A stretch of 64,000 nucleotides of DNA from Octopus vulgaris (Eukaryota). Positions 25,011-38,943 of the stretch are shown here, in pieces. The translations under genes and the position numbers were made by a program. Positions within the stretch are counted from its first letter, which is position 1, and each line of letters begins with the position of its first letter. The notes under the pieces were generated by a model. The model saw only the letters and a program-made list of their open reading frames with translations. It made no database searches and had not been told where the DNA came from. The DNA lies in assembly GCA_951406725.2 (NCBI GenBank), contig OX597824.1, forward strand, positions 66,154,001 to 66,218,000. The letters are read 5' to 3'.

Positions 25011-28000
25011 TGTCAACCAGTGGCTATGTCACTCAAAGTTTAGTAATAAGCAACACTGAACTTCAAAACAATTTATTCTCATCACTATCACTATCATCAT
25101 CATCATTAACATTGATCTGACAGCAATTTTTCCATGCTGCCAGCAGTAAGAAAGCTCTGCAATACATCACTTCTTCATACTTCAGTCCTATCTTGTGTCA
25201 CCTCATCTTGTTCAAGTTAACCTCTGTCACATGCTTCTACAGTTGAAGGGTGGAACTTGCCATGACCACTTAACCTATGGCAAACAGCCACCAAATCTTA
25301 ATCAGATCACACCCTACTACTTTAAAAAAAGAATGACATGAGATAATATAGTCTTAGACACATAGTGAAGACAGTGGATTTAACAGAATTGTTGGTGTGT
25401 TGGACTGTCTTGTGGCTCTTTACATTCTGAGTTTACCAACAATGACTATGTAACCAAACTATCAGCCTTGACTTTATTTTTAACAACTTCAGCGGAATGG
25501 TGAGAGATTTGCTATATGGATAGCTACTGGTTTTTCATTTAGAAATCTCACCAAAATCTACATCTTGAGGGGAGGGGAACTTTCCAGACACAGACACATG
25601 GTCAATCCTAACCAATGGAGGCCTTAGACATGTTGTGCCTGAATGAAAGTTGGGTTGGCCAAAGAAAATTTTGGATCATAAATGCTGGATTATCAACAAC
25701 CTTTTATTTTTATAGCCATTCCGAAATAGCTGTTTCCCCTGTATATATGCTAAGAGAGAATGGTAGTTTATAAAGTAGTAGAATGCTAGGCTAGATGCAA
25801 ATTTCCTACACTGCTGAGATCAAACTCCAACAGAGTTCAATGTAATAAATACCAGTAACATAAAGGGTATCAAATGCAACAAACCACAACCCTTCTACAC
25901 AAACACACGTGCACACATACACAAGTCTTATTATAACCATGATACACATCTCTCAAAATAAATCAATATTTTGACTATGTCAATATACAACAGTTATAAA
26001 GATAGCAAAAGATAGTACTGATGGTAAGCTTTCAGCAAACTCTGAACTGTTTTATCTATTCCACTAATACACTTATGAAAGACATGAACTTCACAACTTC
26101 TAATTTCTTTTCTCTGAAGCTGATTTGAGATTGTTGTCTCTTGAAAGATACTACTGATCAAATAGGAGAGCAAATGACTATTTGATACACTAGAGTGTTT
26201 AACAAACAACTCATATAGCATACAGTCCCAAAACAAAGCTTAGTGAAGAGAAAATGACTGTAACGATACTATATCAAGAACCATGCCACACATACACTCT
26301 TTTTCATACAGAAATCACAGATAAAAATACATTTTATACATGTTGAGTAGGACCAGTTCTTGATACTGCACAGGCAAACTAGTTGCAGTCACAGCCCTGG
26401 GATATCTTTATTGATATCAATGCAATTACTAAAGCACTGACTTAACAAAATAATAGACTGAGTTACAAAAGAAAAAAAAAATGAGAGAAACTATAGATGT
26501 GTGTATGTGTATGAGATTTGCCTAACTATATAGGATTTGTGTGATTTTTAAAGCAGTAACACTACCCATTCGTCTGAAACTGGTGGGACATAAATTTTTA
26601 CAATATACATTCTATCAGAAGCTTTATCAAGGGCCATGGAAACAGTGCAAACCAATCATTCTTGAATTTGGTAATTACCCTTCTCCACAGGTGGCAATTG
26701 GTATTATTTGATGGAGGTATTACGAATGAAGTCATTCATTCCTAACATGAGGCTATATTGGGTTTGTTACTTCTTCAAAGATTTCTTATGATGTTATCTC
26801 CTGTTGTGCATCTCATTCTGAAGAGATACTAAAGGACAAAGGGCACTAACAGTGAAGTATGCAGTCAAATGGGGATATGGGGATATTGAATTGAACATAT
26901 ACAGAAATTACTTGTATGAGGTACATAGTGTGCAGCAGAACCAGTTTGAAATCGAATCCTACCAGCTTTGATTACCCCTTTTTGATTGTGTACACAAGAT
27001 GCATAACATATATATTACAGTGAATCTAATCATGGTACCTTCATCAAAAATATCTTATACCTGTGTCTAGACAAAAGGAAGAGAAAATTAAATATATAAA
27101 AAAACTTAACTTTTAATTTGTGCATTGAGGGTTTTGTGAAAATTTTCTCTATCATGAATATGTATATTTTCTGTGTTTTGCTATTTTTCTAAGCAGAGTC
27201 TCAAACTCATCTTTTTAATTTAGGTAATCTCAGAGCCACTGTTCATGTCAGATTTGAATGATAGCTGGGTGACTATATTTTTTATTCTACTTCAGTAAGA
27301 CAAAAGCAATGGTGGGTGGGGATCAGAAACCCTGTAAGGATTGAGGGACAGGAGTAAAGGCAAAAGCGACTACTATTTGTAAATGAGGAAAATGTGTTGT
27401 TGGGAGTGTAGCAAAAGACTTTTCTGACATTTAGCAAAATCTTCAACTCATCACTAAATGATACAACACAGCATCACTGCAACAGATACAACTGCAAACA
27501 ATTACAATGACATTAATGGCAACTGCATTCATCCAGCAAATATATACCAAACACCAAGGTGGCATGCAGGTATTTGGTTGATTGGATGGTTGGTTGGTTG
27601 GATCGGTTGGTTGGTTGGTTTCACTGATCAGAGAAGGTTTTTGTAAAACAAAATTGCTCACCTGATTGGGTGTAGGCAAGTAGAAAAGAAGAATGTAGAA
27701 AACTGATGAGACAATAGTTCAGATATACTAAAGTGAAGCAGTGATATGACGATGATGATAATGGTGAAAGGATGAGGATGATGCTGGCGAAGAGAAACAT
27801 ATATAGTATGAAACATACATCTAAGCTAAGCTAACCATTTTCAGTTAATTAATGTTAATTGGATATGGGATAAACCTGTCACTAGATGTGATGTTAGTCC
27901 ATCACAAGTAGCTTTTCTTAATTGCATGCCAACACATCTCATCAATTCCTAGTGTTGCAGCTGCTGCTCTGGTTTGTATTTAGTGGACTTGAGCCAAGTA

Positions 28001-28068
28001 CCTTGAATAGACATAATGCAGTGCCAATGTCAGTAAATGAACTGTTAACTTCTCAGCCGTTTCAAAGT

Positions 28069-28520
28069 TTGGTGAAACAGTTGTACTTTGCATTGGTGAA
28101 CACAGCTGTACCAAGGATTGGTAATCACAACTGGCCTGTTAGTTGGTGACCACAGCTGTGTTATGGGTTGGTGAACACACTTGTCACATGAACTGGTGAT
28201 CACTGCTGTGTGAAGCATTGATGAACAGCTGTGCCAAGGGTAGGTGAACACAGCCATGCCAAGAATTGATGAACATAGATGAGGCAAAAGCTGAACATAG
28301 CTGTGTCAAGGATTGGTGAATACAACTAAGGTGAGGGTTAATGAACACAGCTGTGACAAGGGTTGGTAAACAAAGCTGTGATAAGAATTGATGAACACAG
28401 GTGCACCATGGGTTGGTGAACATAGCTGTGGCAAAGGTTGATGGAGACAGCTGCAGCATGGGTAGGTGAAGACAGCTGTGGCAAGGGTTGGTTAACACAT
28501 CTGTACCAAATGTTGCCAAC
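28069..28520 (+). repeat. Minisatellite, about 25-bp unit (consensus ttggtgaacacagctgtgccaaggg), roughly 17-18 diverged copies
   Basis: Head-to-tail repeats with no unique spacers. Confidence 0.9.
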
Positions 28521-28739
28521 CAAATATGTGATGAGGGGTTTATGATACAATATGTGATAAAAGCTGGTGACCATGGATGAGTAAAATTAAAGACATCAAT
28601 TCTGACAGCATTAATCTCTAAAAGACAAATGGGTTAGCATTGAAATAAGTTTGTCTTGAAAACGGCTTTACATTAAAACATACAATACCAAACAGGACAA
28701 AGTCAATGAACAATATTAAACAAAATAAAAAACCTTTAC

Positions 28740-28791
28740 CTTGGGTATATCAGCCATTTCAATTAAATTCCCTCGGTCAGTGAAGAATGGT
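28740..28791 (-). CDS. PACS: PACS-family protein, internal exon (R-PFFTDRGNLIEMADIPK), phase 2-0
   Basis: cttttgcag|A CCA TTC TTC...CCC AAG|gtaaag, 52 nt. Completes the split Arg codon AG|A and the STPKPxLRPFF motif. Confidence 0.9.
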
Positions 28792-29359
28792 CTGCAAAAG
28801 TCGCAAAAGTAAGAATAAGCAACATTGACTTAAGAATAGATGGAAGGAAATATTTACCTTCATCATCATCATTTTAGCATTCGCTTTTCCATGCTTGCAT
28901 GAATTGGACAGAGTTTTTACTAAGGCAGATATTCTATAGCTGAATGCCTTTTCTGTTGCTGACCCTCACCTGTTTCCAAGCAAGGTAGTATTTTTCCATG
29001 TCCTTGCAGAATATTGGAAATGAATGACACTGCTTGTATGATAGTGACAACCAATATACGACTATCATACAACGTTAAGACAAGGAGAGACAAATAGATA
29101 CACAAGCATACACACAAATAAACACTCACACACACACACACATGATGGGCTTCTTTCAGTGTCTATCTACCAAATTCACTCACAAGGTTTTGGTAGGCCC
29201 AGGACTATAGAAGACACCTGTCCAAGCTGGCATGCAGTGAGATTGAGCTCAAGACCACATGGCTGGGAAGCAAGCTTCTAAACCACACAGCTATGTCTGC
29301 ACTTATTAAGATTCTTTTTTTTTTTTTTTAATAATTGTAAATGATTCAAGATGTTATAC

Positions 29360-29725
29360 TATCTTTTATCTTTCACTTGTTTCAGTCATTTGACTATAGC
29401 CATGCTGGGGCACTGCCTTGAAGAAATTTTAGTTGAATGTATTGACCCTAGTACTTATTCTATCAGTGTCTTTTGCTGAACCACCAAGTTACAAGACTGT
29501 AAAAATACCACCACTGGTTGTCAAGTGAAGAGGTGGGGGACAAACATAAACACACACGAGATGGGCTTCCTTCAACTTCCTTCCACCAAATCCACTCATA
29601 AGGCTTTGGTTGGCCTGAGGCTATAGTAGAAGACATTTGCTTAAGGTACCATGCAGTGGGACCGAACCCAAAACCATGTGGTTGGGAAGCAAATTTCTCA
29701 CCACACAGCCATGCCTGTGCCTATG
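29360..29725 (-). mobile_element. tRNA-derived SINE (Octopus-type family); a partial sister copy lies at 29140-29300
   Basis: Minus strand head ggcacaggcatggctgtgtggt...gggttcggtccc (A/B box-like), body ccaaagccttatgagtggatttgg, tail gtcaaatgactgaaacaagtgaaaga. Same family as 56135-56626. Confidence 0.8.
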
Positions 29726-31494
29726 TTTATACACTTAATATTTGATATTTCCTAATAGTTTTATATTCATAGACAGCCACTTTCTGTGCCTTGTACACCT
29801 TCAACATAGAATAATGAAACAGCAGATAGTCAATTATTTCATTTTATCCAAGTAATTGTTTCTAAGGATATGTGAGATATTAGAAAAAAGAGGCTACTGA
29901 AGGAAAATTTCCCTAACATACTTGAATTCATGAGTAACCTTTTATGAGAAGCAGGCTGCATGAGATATGGCTCATCATCAGATGGGTTGCACTACTAAAA
30001 CAATCCAAGGTAATTTCATTTTGTTGGCATACCATTCAAAAAATCTTACAAGCTGCATGCAGTTTGCAGCCCACAAGCTGTTGTTAAGTCCACAACCACT
30101 CCAGTCACAAAAAAAAAGGCAAACAAAATAAAGCAAGCTTAAACTTTTTTTTTCAAACTATCAACTTCACATTTAGAAACAAAACCAGTCAATGATAACT
30201 TTGTTGACTGAGCCATCAAGCAATCTATTATGTGGTTGCTCAATGTACTAGAAATAACAGCCAAAAACTCTCTTAATCACATACAATGGCCTTAGAAGAA
30301 AATGGACGCATTTAATATTGTGGTTCTAGATATGCTGTACCTGTAAAAAAAAATATATGATACAATATGGTCATGGCAGGAACATCTATTAAATGTGAAC
30401 TTATGCAGAGGAGACTGCTGAATGAAAGACATTGGTCTGGTGGGGTAGTCTGGGGTAGGTAGACAATGCTTGAAAAAATGTACGAGACAGTTACATATAG
30501 AATGTCTTTTATCATAGGTTTACTTTATTGATCAAGATTGATCCAGGGCTGGAACAACAACCTGATTGCAGATTCTGTTTGCCAAGAGCTTAGCTCTTAT
30601 TCTAAGGCATTTGTTACACTTGCAACATACAAGAATGTAACAAGTATTGAACTGTATTCTGCACAAACACCTTAATGGACCAGACCTGAATAAAATAAAT
30701 GCTGTTGGGCTTGTTAGTTAATGCATCCTGCTGGTATTACAATAATGATTTCACTGACCTGGAGACCTCGCTGGCTGAAGTTTATTAAATGAATCACTTA
30801 ATGGCTTTTTATGAAATATTGACAGCCCACAACAGTACCATTAGTGTCACACAAAATGTTGAATAAACATCATCATCATTAGTTTAATGGGTTCTTTTTA
30901 CCATAGTAGCATCAGTAGAATAAAAGGTACATTGTTGAACTGTTTAGAAAAATTGATTCTGTCATCAATCATGCATACATTCATTCATTCATTCATTCAT
31001 TCCTTCATTCAGTATTGGTTTTTCTTCTGATGGGTCACCTAGTAATTTTTGTAGTGCACATTATCCTCTTGGGAAGGGAGACAGACAGAGAAATAGATAG
31101 AAAGACAGCCAAACAGAGAGAGAGAGAAGGACAAACAAACAGACAGATAGAGATACAAACAGGCAGAGACACAGACAGACAGACAAAGAGAACATATGGT
31201 AGAAAAGAAAGAGAAAAGAAGAGGGGAGTGAAAAGGAGTTATTTAATCCCAAGTTACCTATGATTAAGTAGATTTATAATCAAAGGCATTCCAACCGTGG
31301 GTATTCTGTCTTATCCTCAATCTATCCTTCTTTGAGATGGTACAATATGATCTGAGAGTGATTTGGTTGCTATTTCTCACAGGTCGACTGACTATGATGA
31401 GACTCCCAAAATGATGCAAACATATGCTTTGGTTGTTTCTTTCTTCTTTTTTTTTTGTTGTTTTCCTTAATGTTTCTGATATCTATTCCAAAAC

Positions 31495-31730
31495 AGGTAG
31501 TTTCAGAGGGTGCCTATCTACCCAACCATACAGGTAGCTGTAGATGGTGTCTCATCCACCCATCTAACAGACAGTTGCAGATAGTATCCATCTTATGAAG
31601 CAGGCAGTTCCAAATGGTGTTTTTCCCCGCCCTATGCAAACAAGTACTACAAATGTTTACAACATGAAGCAAATAGTTCTAGAAATTGTCTATCACAAAG
31701 CAGTATCTATCCTAAGGAGACAGTTATAAA
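31495..31730 (+). repeat. Degenerate tandem repeat, about 35-bp unit (acaggtagttgcagatggtgtctatctaccc-like)
   Basis: Six to seven diverged occurrences of cagg/tagtt.caga.ggtgtct. Confidence 0.6.
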
Positions 31731-32037
31731 CATGTATGCTTCAACTTAATGGTTGAATACAATATATGCTATAAAGGAAACATCTGTAACAAGCGTCAGA
31801 GCTTTAGGAAGAGCATTATGTTTGGTCTCAGTACAAAACTAAAACACAAATTGTTGCTGTTTTTGCAGACCTGAGCAATTCTGGTCAGTGTGACCATATG
31901 AACATTACACTGATGATGATGGTGGTGGTCATCATAAACATTTGATCAGAAACCTATGTTGAAGATTTGCTTAAACAGGGATAATCAGAGATACTTAAGA
32001 ACAATAATACTAATGAAATCTTTAAGAGTATAATTAC

Positions 32038-32189
32038 CTTAACTGTGGTTTAGGGGTAGATGTGACACTAAGGGTGTCCAGTTCAGGACCACTGTCACTT
32101 AGATCATCAAAATCCCCAAGAAGGTCCTCAATATCATGTGGATTGTGGTCTGGGTCAACCAGTTCATGGTCAGCTTCTGAGTCTAAAGC
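32038..32189 (-). CDS. PACS: PACS-family protein, internal exon (ALDSEADHELVDPDHNPHDIEDLLGDFDDLSDSGPELDTLSVTSTPKPQL-R), phase 0-2
   Basis: ttttttattcag|GCT...TTAAG|gtaatt, 152 nt. Acidic stretch plus the SDSGPE and STPKPxLR motifs typical of PACS1/2. Lies within ORF 32034..32360. Confidence 0.95.
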
Positions 32190-33399
32190 CTGAATAAAAA
32201 AAGAAAAAAAATCAAAATTAAACAGACAAAAATGCAGATGTTTTCTGCTTGATGTCTCCAACCATGTTCTAAAAGAACCTCCAATCATGGGACACTTGCC
32301 CAAGGTAGTGTGTGTTGAAATTGAGCTTGGAAGCAAGTGGTCCCAAAGTGAACTACACATGCCTGTCTACGTGTTTCAAACAATATTTAAATAATCCAGA
32401 ATTTGGAGCAATTTACTGAAATAACTTCTCTATTATTAGCTGGGTTTTGAAACACAACTTAACTAAAAGCTCTCGCATAAGCATTTTAACCAGATCTGGG
32501 CCAAATTTTCTGCCTGTTTTACGTTCAAACCAGCCAGGTTCAGCCTCTCACACCTACCCTGCAACATTATTCTAAAAATAAACAATCATCTCATCAAAAT
32601 CTCCAAGTTACAAGATAATGCATAGTTAATACAAAACAATGTGAATAAATAAGCATTAAATTTGACAGACTAATCTGAATGCTAAAGGATTAAATCAGAC
32701 AATTTTGCATAAAAGAACCTAAAGAGGGATCCCAAGTAGATTAACTGATTAATCAAAAGATTAATAGATCAAGTGTTGAAGTTGAGTGTGTGCAAGGAAA
32801 ACACATAGCACAATTGTTGAAAATCATTGTGCTATGTAAACACCATGAGTTTTTTTATGCAAATTTTTAATGCACCAAACTAGAGCACATGCAATCATTG
32901 CAGCAAAGTGCAATGTGTGAACCAACTCTTTTTTACAACAATTTTAACATACTTTGTTTTATTAATACAAATTTCCAATGGCTTATGGTGTGATGTAACA
33001 CTTTTAGGGCCATTTTAGTATGCTTAAGATCATAAAATTTGAAAATCACTACTACGGAGTATACATCTCCTGACTAAAAATTTAATAGTCAACATGTTGT
33101 TGTCAGTTTCTGGCGTTGTATAATGCTGTATTCCTGACCCTATATCCCAGCACTGGAACTAACAGTTTGAAAGTAGATCTAGTTTTTCTACAACTAAGCT
33201 TCTCCTCCTCTGAAAACAGTAAAATTCCAGACTACTTTCAGCCAGGCTCAACTGACCATACCTATCTGTTCTCTCATCATGCATTTTTTTAATATTTTAC
33301 ACTAAGCAAAAGCCCTTCTATCCAAAACATCAATACTTTTAAAATTTTATTGGTTTCTTCTGGAAAAAAGGGAATCTGGTCATGATCTTTGTAGGTCCT

Positions 33400-34860
33400 T
33401 CAAGTCTGGCAAGCTCAAAACAGTCACTATTCTTTTTAAATAGTAGTAAATTAACATGGGCAAAGAAATAATTCACAGACAGACGAAGCTCTGGGAAAAG
33501 AGCAAGTGTCATGATGAGTGCAAAGCTAGAGGTAGGGACACCATATGAGTGACAAGTAGAAGAGGGACAAGTGATGTGGAAGTGCCTAAGCAGAGGTGAC
33601 ATGTGATCAACCAGCTCTGAAGAGTGGAGACCATTGTAGTTGTGAAAGAAAAGATAGATTGAGGAAACATCATGTCCATGGGCCAAAGGTTGGAGTATTC
33701 AGGAAAGTGACTTCATGTCAGTTAATTTCTCTTCATAAAGTCTGTGTAGGTTTGGCATGAGGTGTTAATGGATGCATGTGGATGATGCTTAGGTACAGAA
33801 AGTTATGGAGAAATGAAGAGTGGTATCAATTGCATTGGGGTGGTATCAATTGTATAGGGTTTTACAGAAGGTGATGATATGTAAGCCATTCATGTATTGG
33901 AGAAGGGTGTTGGGGACAAAACTGAACCATGGGAGTTCACCGAGTTTATAGAGGCAAGTCAGAGAGAGCCCCATCAGCACACACCTTGATACAACCTGTC
34001 AGAAAGCCTCTAATCCAAGAGATGAGACATGGATGGAGTTCATAGGCGGGTAAGATATTTATGAGCTAGATACAGTCAAATGCTTTGTTGATATCAAGTG
34101 CAACAATACTGTTTTCATCAAATTTCTTGAAGGCAAGAGACCTAGTGACACAAGTGAGTAGGTCTCTGGTTCTATGAAAGCTGTACTCTAGTTATCAAGG
34201 TGGAAGAAAAGTTCAAGGAGCTAGAGATGGTGGTTGTTAATGGTTATCTTCACCTTTCAGAAGATAAGAGTAAGTGCCATAGGATGAAGAGTTCAGGAAT
34301 GAGACACTGTAACACATTTGCAAAAACTGGGATATATCCTTGTAGAGTGAGGGAGACTGAAGAATTTTTTTGAGGATATGGACAAATTCGAGGGGAACAT
34401 TGTTTGAGGATAAAGGAGGAAACGTTGTTAGGTCTGGTGACGGTGTTTGTGTGAAGAGACTGGGGGTGTTTTCACATTTGGAACATTATAAATTATGTAA
34501 TGATGAGTCTGGGGGAGTGGAGAGGAATAGTTTGAAGGAGATTTACTAAGAGCATGTAGAGTGGAGTTGGATGCAAAGTGGACAGGTAATGTAGAGGCTT
34601 TTCAGTGAGAGTAGATTTTACAAAAGCATCACAGTTAAGTGTTGAAAAGGAGGATTTTGGAAAATTAGTAGAGAGATCCTTATGGCAGGGTACCAAAAGG
34701 GTTAGCTGGTATTTGGTTAGCAAAAGGCTTGCTGTTGTGCAATGCATGAGGACATTCATTTCATTATGGACAATGGTCTTGCAGGAGTTACAGTGGTGGG
34801 TAAATGCTATCTAATTTGTAGAGGTAAATGATTTTCTCAAAGTATAATCAGCTATGTCCT
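33400..34860 (-). mobile_element. Heavily decayed non-LTR retrotransposon (AP-endonuclease type) reverse transcriptase region
   Basis: Minus strand about 34125-33900 gives FDENSIVALDINKAFDCI..LPAYELHPCLISWIRGFLT..VCADGALS..HGSVLSPT, matching RT motifs VALDISKAFD and GVPQGSVLSP. Many stops and frameshifts; boundaries approximate. Confidence 0.8.
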
Positions 34861-35622
34861 TTGTGTAAACTGATGTAGTGCAGTTTATTCTGTAGTGCTG
34901 TAGTGCAGTGTAGTGTAGTGTATTCCCAACAAGTTTCCTGCAGATGTTAACAGATGTTTATAATGACTACAAACCACTCAAATCTCACCAGTTTGAGAAG
35001 GTATGAAAAGTTTATGAGAACTGCCCCTACCTTTATTTTTGCTAAGAGAGAAAAAAATCAAATTCTGACTTTACAGAAACTTTCTTTTATTGATCTGGTA
35101 GCTTGATGTCCTCCTTCCTAGAACCAACTGCTCCATCAAAACCTATTTGAATTAGTGATGTAGACTTCTTTGTCTTTTTCAAGGCATAAAAAAAAAAGGG
35201 CGAAGCCTGTGATTTTACTGCAGGATCTCTGAGATTGATAGAGGGAGAAGGAGGAATAAACTACAACTCATGGATTACTACCTGACAGAAGTATGCTTGC
35301 AAAAGAGTAGATGCCATTAAAGATATTCAAAGGTCAGGAGGTGGTGTTACATTAAGCAATGGATGAAGTCTACCATCTACGACTAAATCAGATAAAGCAA
35401 TAAGCCATATTCAAGAAATATTGTATACAAGATACACTGCATCTGTGATATGCCTGTTTCAGCAACCACATCTCCAGCAGATAAAAATCATCCCCCCACC
35501 ACCACCACTACCACAAAAAAAAAAACAACAACAAATACCTAGAGAAAGACAGAGCTAATGACATATGCAAGTAATGAAGACAGGTAGGAAATAATGAGAA
35601 AGTAATATAAAGATTAACTTAC

Positions 35623-35682
35623 TTCCTCCGAGGCTTTGAACCTTCGTAGCAGGGCAATGATCTTCTGTTTGAAATTTCTTTG
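35623..35682 (-). CDS. PACS: PACS-family protein, internal exon (QRNFKQKIIALLRRFKASEE), phase 0-0
   Basis: Minus strand tctctttcag|CAAAGAAAT...GAGGAA|gtaagt, 60 nt. Translation closely resembles the vertebrate PACS2 segment [20 protein letters not shown] (recalled). Confidence 0.93.
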
Positions 35683-35845
35683 CTGAAAGAGAAATGAAAG
35701 TTGCATTTCTGTTAAATGTGCTTCCTAGAGAATAATCTATAACTGAAAATTTAAGAGGGACACACATATAAAATATTCTTTTCAGTCTCAAATTTTTGTT
35801 TACAATGTATATTGTTTCACACTGTTATTAATAATTATTAATTAA

Positions 35846-36049
35846 CCCTTTTGATACCAACAATGTCCAAGACTGACCTGGGTTCTTTGGCACAAACTTC
35901 CTGTTTAAAGTGATCGAAAAACCTATCAAAATTTTGTTAATTTGTATTCCAAATTTAATAGTGAAAGCTATTTTTATTAAATTCTTGACTATTTTCAAAA
36001 TAAATTTAAACAAAGGTAATGTGTTTCAACAAACGTGGTAGCAAAAGGG
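35846..36049. mobile_element. piggyBac-type MITE with TTAA target site duplication
   Basis: TTAA|CCCTTTTGATACCA ... TGGTAGCAAAAGGG|TTAA (14-bp TIR, 1 mismatch). Related partial copy at about 5523-5720. Confidence 0.88.
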
Positions 36050-38699
36050 TTAATGCTTAATGCTATTATGGGACATATATTTATGTGTGCGCACACGCGT
36101 GTATGTGTGTGCTTGCATATACAACTGATGAGAATTTGAGTGGTGTTAGAAAAGCCTGAAATAATATTGGCTGTTCATAATCAAACAGACATCAAGTGTT
36201 GAAGCTTTCTCTGAGAAAGAATTCTTGTAAATTAGCAACAGAGCAGGTACAATCTGGTAATTGAGTAATATGGTACCAGAAACATAAACAATGTTGATGA
36301 TATTAAAGTGAGGGAAGAGATGAGAGACAATGATGGATATAAAATGGCAAAAAAATCTGATGTAAAAAGATTTTTGATTAAATGAATACTCATAACTAAT
36401 CAAAAATTGCTTTGACAAAGTTATACTTTTCAGGACTTTTCTATTAATGAGATTGAAATGCTGCATTAAATCTTTTAGGTTTTTAAATCATATATCACAG
36501 GTATGAGTTAACAGGTCAAATCAGTAATCTATCAGTTTACTCATTGAGAGAGCATTGGTGTGTATCCAGTTACTGGCAGAAAATTATATTCCTTATCAAG
36601 ACATTTAACCCTCAAGAGTTCAGCATTCATTTTTTTTTACAGTGTTTTTAACCTTTGCTTTTCATTAAGAGCAAGGGTTAAAAACTCTGTAATCAGAAAC
36701 CATAAAGGAATATACAAATCACTGTTGTGGGAACATTGTATAATGCAAGTTTTGCAGTTCTGGGTTCAAAACCGCTTATAGATTAAAAAAAGAAAAGAAG
36801 AAAAATATTAACAGATGCAAAAGATCGGAATTCTGTCTTGTCATAAAATATTTAACATGTAAAATCCCACTAATCCTGCATAGGTAAAAGTGGTAGCTTA
36901 AAGAAAGGGCCCCAGGTGTGCTTAGGAGCAAAACCTACAATAAACTATTATCCCATCTTGGAGTAATATTTTCTCTCATCCATCTATCACATAGATGGCT
37001 GGGATAAACTTCAATATTCAGTTACAATAAGTGTGATGATTATAAGGAAAACGGAAATAAAAATAAACCAAAGACATAAACTTTTCAGTTATTCACAAGG
37101 TACAGTAACATCACAGAAAGAAAAAAAAATGACATTTCTTGCAATGGGATTATTAATCTACTGTGGAATTACAAAAGGATGGGTTTAGTAAATACTGTTT
37201 CTGTTGGTCTTATATAGGAAAAATAAACAAACAGATCAACAAGGTAGTTTCTACAGGGTCACCACATCAGCCATGAAGGAGTCTGTAGATGATCATTCAG
37301 CTTTCTAGAAATAACAGCTAAATTTCCCTTAACTCAAACGCTACCATTTTAAAACAAGAAAGTATCAGATAATGTAGTTTAGGATACACAGTATATGATA
37401 AAAAAAGATGAAATGGTTGTAGCTAGAACAGCTTTGATCACAGATCTGATCATGTAAAGGTTGACTTGAGGTTAAACAATAAAATTTATAAATGTTGGCT
37501 TTAGGCCTTTCTCATCATACCATAACACGACAACAAATAGACATATTTATTCATGTGTGTGTGAGTGTAAAGAGCTATGCTTGATTGTGTTTTGATACAA
37601 AATCAACATGTACTCAATAGACTAGACTGTAGAGTGTTATAATTATGTTTAGATATTTCCTCATACCTAAAGGTTTTGTACAGTTAATGCTGTTCTACTG
37701 TACTTACAAGTGAGTCTAACAATTATTTCAGTCTCATCAATGGATATTTCAGACCAATGTCAACTGTATAAAGCCTTTCAGTATGGGGAATGAATCCAAT
37801 TTATCAAAACAATTATAAAACTCTAAACACTCATGGGCATGCATGCATTCAGATATAAATATGTGCATGTATGCACATGCACTGCATATAATAGGTTTCC
37901 ACTGCTTGCATCTACCATATTTCACTCAAGATATTGGTCAATTTCGGGCTATAGAAGAAGACATTTACCTAAGTGTTGCGCAGAACATTTGAAAACTACA
38001 TAAAAATGCCAACATCTATATAAATTTGTATATTTTAGTCATGTATATATATATATGAAAGAGGTAAATATGTTGAGAAAAACCATGTGAATTTCTTTGA
38101 GGTGTTTTTTTTCAGCTCAAGTTACACAAACACTCCTTTGCCACTCTTCCCATTTGAAATATCAGGAATCCTGCTATTGACTCTATTAGAAACTTGTACC
38201 CAATGATACTATGATTCATCATTATCATCATCATTTAATGTTTACTTTCCATGCTGACAAGGGTTGCAATGGTTTGACATGAGCTGGCAAGCCAGAGGAC
38301 TGCACCAGGCTCCAATGTCTGCTTTGGCATAGTTTCTGAGGTTAGATACCTTTCTCAACACCACCTACTTTACAGAGTATACCAAGTACTTTCTTTATAT
38401 TGCACAGGTACTAGTGAGATCACCACATAACTTGCAAGAAAAGACTCTCAACCGAGGGTGCATAATATTAAAGGAGATGGTGAGGTGGCTTTATGCCAGG
38501 TGATGAGAGGTTAAAACATGATAGAAGGACTGGTACTGGTGTCTTGTAGAAGAGATACATGGCTACCATGGTTGGAAATGTGAGATGGTGCTAAAGGTGT
38601 GTCAGAGTGTACAAAACTATACCATAGAGTTAACCAGGTTATTGGATGTTGTTATACACCACTGGTCCCAATGTGCTTCCTCACATTCTTGTAGATTTC

Positions 38700-38943
38700 A
38701 AATAATGCCACCCCACAGGCTAGGTAGGTAGGCCTATGGTGTATAAGGGACCAAGATCTTGCCTTCCTCCCTAAATGGGATGTCAGTCCATTGCAAAGTT
38801 ACTCATTTGCAGCTGAATGGACCAGAACAATATGAAATGAAGTGTTTTGCTCAAGAACACAACACACCATTCAGTCTGGGAATTAAAACCATGATCTCAT
38901 GATTGTGAGTGCAACACCTTAACCACTAAGCCATGTATCCTCA
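38700..38943 (-). mobile_element. tRNA-derived SINE
   Basis: Minus strand ggatacatggcttagtggttaagg (A box) ... ggttttaattccc (B box) followed by ttgagcaaaacacttcatttc. Related heads at 50507 (+) and 59648 (+). Confidence 0.75.

Noticed and set aside
28069-28520. CRISPR-like regular repeats
   Set aside because: Units are head to tail with no unique spacers, there are no cas genes, and the context is a eukaryotic intron. It is a minisatellite.
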